NCBI GenBank assembly: GCA_046758365.1
Contig: JBHIAC010000063.1
Coordinates: forward strand, 1-17,336
Direction of reading: 5' to 3'
Length of the DNA stretch: 17,336 bases
Source: a bacterium
Lineage (GTDB): Bacteria; Zhuqueibacterota; Zhuqueibacteria; Oceanimicrobiales; Oceanimicrobiaceae
How positions within the stretch are numbered: position 1 is the first letter of the stretch; every line of letters begins with the position of its first letter. This document shows positions 8,355-16,586 of this stretch, in pieces. The notes beneath the pieces are model-generated. The model searched no databases. It was not told where the DNA came from and saw only the letters and a list, made by a program, of their open reading frames with translations. The position numbers and the translations under genes are program-made.

Positions 8355-8460
8355 AAAGTTTGTCAAGGAAAGGGAACCCGTTAGTGAAAAAGAATATGTG
8401 GAGGCATTAAAAGTTGCAGAAGAAGTGTATGAGTGGGTAACGAAACTTATAAAGGGTTAG
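8344..8460 (+). pseudogene. HEPN-domain toxin remnant with the core deleted in frame (38 aa)
   Basis: ATG overlaps the MNT 3' end. Translation MKNKKFVKE|REPVSEKEYVEALKVAEEVYEWVTKLIKG*: an N-terminus plus the characteristic last HEPN helix (EP.S..E..EA...AE.V.EWV), with the central region absent. Confidence 0.75.
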
Positions 8461-8465
8461 GAAAA

Positions 8466-8651
8466 ATGGAGCCTTTTTCAACCGTAGCCTTACCCCACAG
8501 GGATATACTTGAGGACAGACTTGCCATGGATGTGTTTACCGCTGACCTGTGGGAAGCCTTTAAAGGAAGAGCACCCGAGGAATATCAAGACCATGTAATT
8601 AGAAGAAGACTTTTCAGTAGTATTGACGAAAAGAAGGCCGTTGTCATTTGA
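8466..8651 (+). pseudogene. 5' fragment of a DUF499-family ATPase
   Basis: MEPFSTVALPHRDILEDRLAMDVFTADLWEAFKGRAPEEYQD matches the DUF499 N-terminal pattern PH.D...G.....FAADL..V..G.AP.EY.D. Similarity stops at about 8591, whereas full-length members are many hundreds of residues long. Confidence 0.75.
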
Positions 8652-8703
8652 TTTTCTTGATTGATAAAACGAGTTATCATCTTTAATTTAACGGGAGAAC
8701 ATC

Positions 8704-9471
8704 ATGAAAGGTGTCATCATCGCAGGAGGTACTGGTAGTCGTTTATATCCATTAACCAAAATCATTAACAAAAATATTTTGGCGGTCTATGATAAGCCGC
8801 TCATTTATTATCCCATTTTGTCGCTTCGGGATGCGGGAATTAATGAAATACTTATCATTTCTGGAAGAGGGCATGCCGGCCAGTATTTAGACCTATTAGG
8901 GGCAGGAACGCAACTTGATGTAAAGTTATCTTACGAGATTCAAGAATTTCCAGGCGGAATTGCCCAAGCCATTGGATTGGCCCACCGCTTCGCCGAAGGA
9001 GAAAAGATTATGGTAATATTGGGAGATAATATCTATCAAGACCGTTTTGCTGAAGCGGTAGATTCCTTCCGTAAACTGGACAAAGGTGCGAAAGTTTTTA
9101 TAAAAGAAGTTCAAGACCCGGAGCGATTTGGTGTCCCCAAAATTGATGAAGATAGAATAGTTGAGATTATTGAAAAACCCAAAATAGCCCCTACGAACTA
9201 TGCCGTAACAGGATTATATATGTATGATGAGCGTGCCTTCGAAGTCATTAAAACATTAAAGCCTTCATCCCGTGGAGAAATTGAAGTTACAGATTTAAAC
9301 AATTTCTATGCGAATGAGGGCACGCTCGGCTACCAAATCTTGTCTGGAGAATGGATTGATGCCGGCACCTTTGATTCTCTTCTACACGCTAACACTTTTG
9401 TGGCCAATAATAGGGAACATTTACCGCAGTTTAATTTTGCGGAGGAATATCCTAATACTAACAAAGTTTAA
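8704..9471 (+). CDS. Sugar-1-phosphate nucleotidyltransferase (glucose-1-phosphate thymidylyltransferase RmlA/SpsI-like)
   Basis: GVIIAGGTGSRLYPLT....K....VYDKPLIYYP, Q..PGGIAQA, LGDNI, DPERFGV, EKP...TNYAVTGLYMYD, PSSRGEIEVTD, W.DAGTFDSL. GGAG RBS upstream. Confidence 0.92.
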   Translation: MKGVIIAGGTGSRLYPLTKIINKNILAVYDKPLIYYPILSLRDAGINEILIISGRGHAGQYLDLLGAGTQLDVKLSYEIQEFPGGIAQAIGLAHRFAEGEKIMVILGDNIYQDRFAEAVDSFRKLDKGAKVFIKEVQDPERFGVPKIDEDRIVEIIEKPKIAPTNYAVTGLYMYDERAFEVIKTLKPSSRGEIEVTDLNNFYANEGTLGYQILSGEWIDAGTFDSLLHANTFVANNREHLPQFNFAEEYPNTNKV

Positions 9472-9660
9472 TAATTCCGGAATCAGAAATTCAGCGCAAG
9501 ACTCCAATAAAAATAGGCATCGTTGCAGTGCAAAAAGCTAACTTCTCAAAAAATTAGATTATTTCTGCCTACGAGGCAATTACTCAACTCTTTGTAAAAT
9601 ATTATATTTCATTCATTAAGAGGTTAAGCTTTTAACTAATCTGCTTTTTGTAGCAAAGCC

Positions 9661-11403
9661 ATGAGTGAAAGTTCTAAAGTTCCCGTCAAAATATCACTCC
9701 TTTTGATTATTAGTGCAGCATTTGTTCTACGCTTTGTTGGAATTTGGTATGGATTACCCTCTCTTTATAATTCTGATGAGCCGCTACATGTGATTAATGC
9801 CCTTACCTATGGTGCAACAAAAAGCTTGAAGCCAGTGTATTTTGATTATCCAACTCTGTATTCCTATTTTCTTTTTGTAATTTATGGGCTTTATTTTTTA
9901 GTTGGAAAAATATTCGGAGTGTTTAATACCGCTCTTGACTTCGGAGCTTCTTACTTTCTTAATCCTACAGGTCTGTTTTTGGTTGGTCGATTTGTAAGTG
10001 TAATTTTAGGGATAACAGGAATTTGGATGGTCTATAAAATTGGCCAAAGATTTTTTTCAAAGAAAATTGGTCTTCTTTCGGCTTTAATTTTAGCGCTGAG
10101 TTTCAACCATGTGAACACCTCGCACTGGATTTTGATTGAGGCTGCTGTGGTATTCATGTCAGCTCTTGCCCTCTATCTTATTTTGTTATTTCATGAAAAT
10201 CCAACCATTAAAATGAATGTATTAGCCAGCTTTGTCGCAGGTTTGGCCATTTCAACTAAATACAATGCTGGATTTATTTTTGTTCCATTGCTTCTCACTA
10301 GTTTATTGAATTATAAAAGAAATGTTGGAAATCTTTTCAAGAATTTAGGCATAAGTATAGCTACCTTGTTTATTGGGTTTTTGCTTGGTACCCCGTACTG
10401 GCTTTTTTCTTTTTCTTCATTTCTGCAATATTTCAAATGGGACTTCACCCAAGTTGGCTACGGTGTAGTAGGCCATATTAGGTCAGTACCATTGTTTTGG
10501 CCGTTGTGGAAACTTATTTTAAATGATTGGACCGTAGGGTTTTTGATCGTGGCTGGTTTCATTTACGTATTTTTTCAACGGGAGAAGAAGCAAATTCTAT
10601 TTCTATCTTTTGCTCTACCGACTATATTATTTGTTGGAACCTGGAACAGAGCAGATATTCATTATGTTTTGCCAATCTATCCGTCCCTCGTAGTTTTAGC
10701 TGCTATTTTTTTTAATGATATTTTAGAGTATATACAAAATTTTACAGTTCGGGTCTCTTTGGCGGTCTTGCTCCTTTTTGTTCCCCTCATTAAAATTATT
10801 TACTATGACATCAGGTTAATACAAAAAGATACTCGGGCACTGGCTGAGGAGTGGATTGAGTCCAAAATTCCTGAGGACAGCGTTTTAGGGTATGAAAACT
10901 TCGTCTATGGCCCCAATCTTTTCGATCCATCCCGATTTCTCAAAAATCCATCCGAAAGCCAAATTTTACCGTTAGAATTAAAAGAGAGATTGTTACAGGA
11001 GAGACGAATGCGAGTTTCATACAATTTAGTTAATTTTAGAAAGGATTTCAGGCCGCAAAGGTTTACTAATAATAAAAAAGGGTACTACAGCAATCCATAT
11101 TTTCGAAAGCTATTGGAGTTACGATTGCCAAAACTTGCGACATTACAAAAAGCCGGGGTTGAATATCTAATAATATCCAGCGACAACTATGACCGTTATT
11201 TTAGAAGCGTACCCCCTAAGAAGGGCACTCCAGTATGGTTTAGCTATCAGAATGGAAGAAATTTTTATCAGAGTATTTTTGATTCTAAAGCGGTGATTTT
11301 GCTAAATGAATTTCAACCAACTTATTGGAATTTAGGTCCAACAATAAAAATTTACCAATTTAAATCAAAATTAGATGACAACCGCAACGGCGAAAAAAGA
11401 TAA
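9661..11403 (+). CDS. GT-C fold membrane glycosyltransferase (PMT_2 / ArnT / GT39-like)
   Basis: First TM ending in LR, followed by GLP..YNSDEP (catalytic DE loop); YPTLY; GRFVS; GLAISTKYN; many TM helices and a soluble C-terminal domain (DTR..A..WI...IP). Confidence 0.85.
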   Translation: MSESSKVPVKISLLLIISAAFVLRFVGIWYGLPSLYNSDEPLHVINALTYGATKSLKPVYFDYPTLYSYFLFVIYGLYFLVGKIFGVFNTALDFGASYFLNPTGLFLVGRFVSVILGITGIWMVYKIGQRFFSKKIGLLSALILALSFNHVNTSHWILIEAAVVFMSALALYLILLFHENPTIKMNVLASFVAGLAISTKYNAGFIFVPLLLTSLLNYKRNVGNLFKNLGISIATLFIGFLLGTPYWLFSFSSFLQYFKWDFTQVGYGVVGHIRSVPLFWPLWKLILNDWTVGFLIVAGFIYVFFQREKKQILFLSFALPTILFVGTWNRADIHYVLPIYPSLVVLAAIFFNDILEYIQNFTVRVSLAVLLLFVPLIKIIYYDIRLIQKDTRALAEEWIESKIPEDSVLGYENFVYGPNLFDPSRFLKNPSESQILPLELKERLLQERRMRVSYNLVNFRKDFRPQRFTNNKKGYYSNPYFRKLLELRLPKLATLQKAGVEYLIISSDNYDRYFRSVPPKKGTPVWFSYQNGRNFYQSIFDSKAVILLNEFQPTYWNLGPTIKIYQFKSKLDDNRNGEKR

Positions 11404-12277
11404 AGTTGAGGGTAAACACCGTCATATATCTTTAATGTATCCTTTTAATTGGGACGGACTTGAGAATTTTTCTTACCCTGTGGATGAAAACGGTATTCCT
11501 CAAATAAATATGGGAAAGAAAATAGGCCTGCGATATAATCCCATAACCATAGCACAATATGGCCTTTTTAACCTTCAAAAATATTCTCGAAACAAAGAGG
11601 AAGATTTTTTGTGCATTGTCCAAAAATCAGCTCGCTGGCTGGATGATAATTTCCAAAATTGGAAAGGCAATATAGGTGCCTGGGTTTATGACTTTGATAT
11701 GGATTTTTACGGTCCAAAGGCGCCTTGGATTTCAGGAATGGCGCAGGGTCAGGGGATTTCTCTTTTGCTTAGGGTGTTTCAAATTTTACCCGAAGAACGA
11801 ATTCTCGAAATTACTCAACGGGCTTTTCAAGCTTTTTTGCACCCGATTTCTGAAGGAGGCGTGGTCTCCTGTTTTCCTGACGGTTCGCCAGTTTTTGAGG
11901 AGTTTCCAACAGCTCCCCCTTCTCAAGTGTTAAATGGACACATATTTGCTCTTTTAGGTATCTATGATTTTGGAGAGTTTTGGAATGATAAAACTGCCAA
12001 AGAACTATTTCAAGTAGCTGTGAAAGGCTTAAAAAAGAATTTTTTTAGATACGACACGGGCTATTGGAATCTTTATGACCTGCATCCAACCCACAGATTG
12101 GCTTCCCCTATGTATATGAAAGTTCATGTACAATTGCTCACCATATTAGCTGAACTAACAGGAGACGCTTTTTTTCAAAAAATTGCCATTAACTGTAAAA
12201 ATTATTTAACCAACCCTATATGCCGCTTCCGCTGGTTGATGGGAAAATCTGTTGAAAAAATTCGGCTGTGGCTTTGA
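11375..12277 (+). CDS. D-glucuronyl C5-epimerase family protein
   Basis: YNPITIAQYGL, PWISGMAQGQGISLLLR, FEEFPT.P.S.VLNGHIFALLGIYD, YDTGYW.LYDL, Y..VHVQLL: the conserved blocks of the C5-epimerase C-terminal domain. Overlaps the GT-C gene by 29 bp. Confidence 0.88.
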   Translation: MTTATAKKDKVEGKHRHISLMYPFNWDGLENFSYPVDENGIPQINMGKKIGLRYNPITIAQYGLFNLQKYSRNKEEDFLCIVQKSARWLDDNFQNWKGNIGAWVYDFDMDFYGPKAPWISGMAQGQGISLLLRVFQILPEERILEITQRAFQAFLHPISEGGVVSCFPDGSPVFEEFPTAPPSQVLNGHIFALLGIYDFGEFWNDKTAKELFQVAVKGLKKNFFRYDTGYWNLYDLHPTHRLASPMYMKVHVQLLTILAELTGDAFFQKIAINCKNYLTNPICRFRWLMGKSVEKIRLWL

Positions 12278-12412
12278 AAAAGATTTTAGGATCACCTGAA
12301 AAAGAGTTGTTAAAAATAGTTAATAACCGAATTCGATAGGAAAGATCTTACAAGAGAACTTGCGCAGATCATTGATAGCATACCTAGAATTCCTACCTTT
12401 AAGAAATCTTAA
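12274..12412 (+). pseudogene. Collapsed remnant of a probable GT4-type glycosyltransferase (only both ends left)
   Basis: TTG start overlapping the epimerase stop (TTGA) gives MKKIL... In another frame, 12320-12412 reads LITEFDRKDLTRELAQIIDSIPRIPTFKKS*, resembling the F.R..L...LA..(F/I)D terminal helix of GT-B/GT4 enzymes. Confidence 0.5.
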
Positions 12413-12596
12413 GAACCTCCCGAAGGTACATAAATTAACAATTTAATTTTTAAGGTAATATTTGTAAATAAGGCGAGTTTAGAAATATTTTTGAAAATTT
12501 CTTTTCAATTTTTAATTTGCTTTTTATCAAATTAGTTTTAACTTAAATGAGATTGATTTTTTAAAATTACAAAGAATCTAATCGAAATATACTTTG

Positions 12597-13361
12597 ATGC
12601 AAAAATCAATATCTATATTCGAACAAGAGACTCTGAATTTTGCTCATCGAGGATTTACTGTCTCAGCACCAGAAAATAGCTTAGCTGCTTTTCAAGCTGC
12701 CCTGGAATTGGGGGTCGATGGCATAGAATTAGATGTAAGAACCTGCAAAACAGGTGAAGTTGTAGTTTTCCACGATCCAACACTGGCCCGTATGACCAAT
12801 GGGCGAGGTTTTATTAAAGGAAAGACTTTAACAGAATTAAAAAGTCTAAGACTTAACAGCCAAAATCCTGAGCTGAGTCAACGAATACCTACTCTTGAGG
12901 AAGTTCTTGAGTTAGTGAATGGACGAATAATTTTGAATGTGGAAATAAAAACAAAGGGCTTACCAAAAGACCATATTGAAAACAAAGTGGTGGCCATCCT
13001 GCGACAATACGGAATTGAAAACAAAACTATTATATCATCTTTCAACCCAATTGTCATTCGGAGACTCAGAAAAATTAATGATCAGCTATTGACAGGATTT
13101 TTAATGGATAGAAGTTTCAGTGTTCGTTATTCTGAAATACCACTGACAAAACTTTCAGGTGCTAAAGCCATCCATTTAGAAAATAGCCTTGCCAAAGATT
13201 CAATTATTAGAAAAATACAAGAATTTGGTTTTTTCTGTGTGGTTTGGAGCGTAAATGATCCTAATGTGATGCAACATTTGATTGATTTGGGGGTCAACGC
13301 AATCATAACAGACAAACCTAATCTATTAAAAAGTCTTAAGAAAAGTGCCATCCATGTTTAA
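12597..13361 (+). CDS. Glycerophosphodiester phosphodiesterase (GDPD family)
   Basis: AHRG, APENSLAAF, GIELDV, VVFHD, IPTLEEVL, NVEIK, ISSF, WSVND, AIITDKP. ATG at 12597 (alternative TTG at 12594). Confidence 0.93.
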   Translation: MQKSISIFEQETLNFAHRGFTVSAPENSLAAFQAALELGVDGIELDVRTCKTGEVVVFHDPTLARMTNGRGFIKGKTLTELKSLRLNSQNPELSQRIPTLEEVLELVNGRIILNVEIKTKGLPKDHIENKVVAILRQYGIENKTIISSFNPIVIRRLRKINDQLLTGFLMDRSFSVRYSEIPLTKLSGAKAIHLENSLAKDSIIRKIQEFGFFCVVWSVNDPNVMQHLIDLGVNAIITDKPNLLKSLKKSAIHV

Positions 13362-15798
13362 ATTTTTACGCTATATTGCTTTAATTTTTTTATGTAAGGT
13401 TTTTGCTATTGTTATTGCACAGGATACCTGGGGGAGGGCTCCAGATTATCTCTGGCCAACAGACGCCAGCAAACACCTCACTTCAGCCTTTTGTGAGTAT
13501 CGTGGTCGGCGCTTTCATGCGGGCATCGATATAAAAACATGGGGTAGAATAGGATACAGAGTATTTGCTATAAGACCGGGTTACATTTGGAGAATCTCTG
13601 TATCTCCTTTTGGTTATGGCAAAGCTATTTATTTAAAACTTGATACCGGTGAGATTGTGGTTTATGCCCATCTTTCCAAATTTTCTGATAAATTCCAAAA
13701 CCTGGTTGAAGCGGAACAACAACGTTTAGGGAAATATCGTATAAATAAATATTTCAAACCTGGTACCTTACCGGTGGCCCAAGGGGAAATAATTGCTTTC
13801 ACAGGACAGACAGGTATTGGGGCTCCCCATTTGCATTTTGAAATTAGGGACTCAGGCAATCACCCTATAAATCCATTATCCAAAGTGTATCAATTACCCG
13901 ACAAAGTAACCCCATTCATTACTGGAATCAGCTTTACACCGTTGGATGCACACTCAGAAGTAAATGGCGATTTCAAGCCGGTTATCGTAACTCCCCAGTA
14001 TATTCGACCTGGTCAATATTTATTAAATGAAACGATTTCTATTTGGGGAAACGTAGGATTGGCCATTTCTTGTTATGACAAAAGTTCGAATTCTATTAAT
14101 CGGTATGGTATATACAGCCTCAAATTGTTTATTGATGAAAATCTCAGATTCCAATATAAATATGATAAATTTTCTTTTCAAAATAATCGTATGGTAGAAT
14201 TGGAAAGAGATTATCGCTTAGCTAGAAGAGGGCTTGGCCGATATTACAAGTTATATAAAGATAAACATAACATTTTATCAAATTATATCCCGAATAAGCC
14301 TTGGGCGGGGGTGTTGAAAAGTGTCCCTTTAGTGGCTGTACCGAATCTAAAAACCAGGGCCCAGATTGAGAAATTCCATCAGGAGAGAAATTATGAAATT
14401 AATGGCCCTTTCAATTCATTGAATAAGGGAGATTTTCAAACGAGTTTCCTGTTTCCCGGAATCCATGATTTCAAGATAGAAGTGTCTGACTATTTTGGAA
14501 ATATTAGTACTGTTCGAGGCAAGCTTCAAGTTGGTGCTGCATTTGACATTAATCCAATTATTACTGAAGATGAAAATGGTAAAATAAATCTTGAGAATAT
14601 TATTACCTACGATTTAAAAAAGATTGTGGAAGTAGATGCATTTGTATTAAACGATAAACGCTGGCAGTTAATTCCTTTTGAGTGGAAAGAAAATTTAGAA
14701 GAAAAAGGTGGTGAAGGCGCCTTATTGGAATCTTTTGAACGGGCATCAATCATTTCGTTAACAGAGCTAAATGTAAATTCAGTTATTTTGAAATTTATAG
14801 CGCAAGACCAATGGGGTGGGGATTCATATCCTTATATATATGTTCCACCAGAACAATTCCAGAGCTTTGAGCCGCCGCAAGTAACTATTAATTATGACTT
14901 TTATGATGAGTATCTCAGGTTGGAACTCAACTCAAATATTTTTTTCCAAGAAATACCTCAGGTAATTGTAGATCCAGGACAACCTGATTCCAGTTTGATA
15001 ATAATTCACCAGAAAGAATTAAATCAATTTATTGGAAGAATTGAATTAAATGCACTTAATGGCAGTGATCATTCTTTGAAAGTAACTGCTAAAAATTTAA
15101 AGGAGGAAAATTTTACATTTTGGGATCAATTTGTGAGCACAAAAATCACCCCCTCAAATGCAGAATCTCTTATTTCCGAAGACCGCAATTGTTGGGTAAA
15201 TTTCTGGTCCAGTTCAATTTATAAACCCATTTTTGGACGTATAGCTATTGACACTCTTTCTGTTGGAAATGATAAAAATTTTGTGGGAAATGTCTACAAT
15301 GTTGAACCAAAGGATGTTCCTTTAAACGCCGGGGCTATTGTTTATCTCCGATATCCTCAGGAAGAGCAGCAGCCAGAGAAATTGGGAGTTTATTATAAAA
15401 ATCGAAAAGGGAAATGGGACTTTATAGATAATAAAATTGATAAAACAAGGAAAATAATATCGGCTAAAGTTTTTAGTCTTGAAGAATTTGCTTTAATACG
15501 TGATGATCAGCCGCCTGAAATTACCCGTATTAGACCCCGGCATAAAGCGCATATAACTACCCAGTACCCAAGAATTTTAGTACATGTTCGTGATAAATTG
15601 TCGGGGATTGGAAGCGAAAACGATATAGTAATTCTTCTTGATGGGAAAAATCTTATTGCAGAATATGATCCTGAACGGCATAGACTTTTTTACCAATTCA
15701 AAGAACCACTACCTAAAGGGCGTCATGAAATTACAGTTTGGGCCCAAGACAATTCAAAAAATGATATTCTAAAAAAGACTGAATTTTGGATTGAATAA
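13354..15798 (+). CDS. Exported M23-family metallopeptidase with a long beta-rich C-terminal region
   Basis: Signal peptide MFKFLRYIALIFLCKVFAIVIA-Q from ATG 13354, overlapping the GDPD stop. HAGID (HxxxD), GYG, YAHL, GQTG...PHLHFEIR (HxH). C-terminal Ig-like segment D..PPEI....P...D.LSGI...G.H.ITV.A.D. Confidence 0.9.
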   Translation: MFKFLRYIALIFLCKVFAIVIAQDTWGRAPDYLWPTDASKHLTSAFCEYRGRRFHAGIDIKTWGRIGYRVFAIRPGYIWRISVSPFGYGKAIYLKLDTGEIVVYAHLSKFSDKFQNLVEAEQQRLGKYRINKYFKPGTLPVAQGEIIAFTGQTGIGAPHLHFEIRDSGNHPINPLSKVYQLPDKVTPFITGISFTPLDAHSEVNGDFKPVIVTPQYIRPGQYLLNETISIWGNVGLAISCYDKSSNSINRYGIYSLKLFIDENLRFQYKYDKFSFQNNRMVELERDYRLARRGLGRYYKLYKDKHNILSNYIPNKPWAGVLKSVPLVAVPNLKTRAQIEKFHQERNYEINGPFNSLNKGDFQTSFLFPGIHDFKIEVSDYFGNISTVRGKLQVGAAFDINPIITEDENGKINLENIITYDLKKIVEVDAFVLNDKRWQLIPFEWKENLEEKGGEGALLESFERASIISLTELNVNSVILKFIAQDQWGGDSYPYIYVPPEQFQSFEPPQVTINYDFYDEYLRLELNSNIFFQEIPQVIVDPGQPDSSLIIIHQKELNQFIGRIELNALNGSDHSLKVTAKNLKEENFTFWDQFVSTKITPSNAESLISEDRNCWVNFWSSSIYKPIFGRIAIDTLSVGNDKNFVGNVYNVEPKDVPLNAGAIVYLRYPQEEQQPEKLGVYYKNRKGKWDFIDNKIDKTRKIISAKVFSLEEFALIRDDQPPEITRIRPRHKAHITTQYPRILVHVRDKLSGIGSENDIVILLDGKNLIAEYDPERHRLFYQFKEPLPKGRHEITVWAQDNSKNDILKKTEFWIE

Positions 15799-15905
15799 AA
15801 TTTTTTGTTGAAAAAAGCTAACCATTTTGTACAAATAGATGGCTATAACATCAATATATTATTCATTTAACAAGAAGGTTAGCTTTAAATCATTTAAATG
15901 GTTTT

Positions 15906-16574
15906 ATGATTCCTTTAAAAGATGATAATCCCAGGTCAAGTGTGCCAATAATAACCATTGGTCTCATCGTTGTTAATGTTTTGGTGTTTCTGTATGAATT
16001 GAGTTTGGGACCGAGGATTGAATTTTTTATTCAAGAATATGCAGCTATTCCAGCTAAAATTGTTCGAGGCAGAGAGCTTGAGACCTTGGTAACTTCCATG
16101 TTTTTGCATGGGGGCTTTTTTCATGTAGGTAGTAATATGCTGTACTTCTGGATATTTGGTGATAATGTGGAGCACTACCTTGGACATTTTCGGTTCATAT
16201 ATTTCTACTTGATTTGTGGATTGTTTGCAGCAATTACACATATTTTCTTGGGTGGCATATCAGAAGTACCAATGATTGGAGCTAGCGGGGCTATTTCTGG
16301 CGTTCTTGGAGCTTATCTTGTTAAATATCCTAGAGCACAGGTACTGGTTTTGATCCCTATATTTTGGTTTATAACAATTCGAAAAATACCTGCTTTATTT
16401 GTCCTTGGGTTATGGTTTGCGATGCAGCTTTTAAGTGGTGTTTTTAGTGGTTTATCTTCAACTGGGTTAGAGAAAGGGGGTATAGCTTTTTGGGCTCATG
16501 TCGGTGGTTTTGTAGCGGGTATGATTTTAATTAATATTTTTAAAAGAAAACGAAGAGTCGAGTGGCATTTTTGA
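15906..16574 (+). CDS. Rhomboid-family intramembrane serine protease
   Basis: MIPLKDDNP start, TSMFLHGG..H..SNM, FGDNVE, catalytic GASG, AFWAHVGGF (catalytic His). Confidence 0.95.
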   Translation: MIPLKDDNPRSSVPIITIGLIVVNVLVFLYELSLGPRIEFFIQEYAAIPAKIVRGRELETLVTSMFLHGGFFHVGSNMLYFWIFGDNVEHYLGHFRFIYFYLICGLFAAITHIFLGGISEVPMIGASGAISGVLGAYLVKYPRAQVLVLIPIFWFITIRKIPALFVLGLWFAMQLLSGVFSGLSSTGLEKGGIAFWAHVGGFVAGMILINIFKRKRRVEWHF

Positions 16575-16586
16575 ACTTTTATAAAT

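Noticed and set aside
8433..8651. 72-aa ORF as an intact gene starting at GTG 8433
   Set aside because: Family similarity begins at ATG 8466 and ends near 8591, and the GTG lies inside the HEPN remnant. Treated as a DUF499 fragment instead.
9471..9560. Frame reading ...KTPIKIGIVAVQK... after the nucleotidyltransferase as another gene remnant
   Set aside because: No start codon, and the match to a Rossmann/GT first strand is too short to support.
5281..11933. Short track ORFs 5281..5469, 8926..9114, 9308..9541, 10527..10715, 11432..11623 and 11676..11933
   Set aside because: Shadow or alternate-frame ORFs within well-supported genes, with no family motifs.
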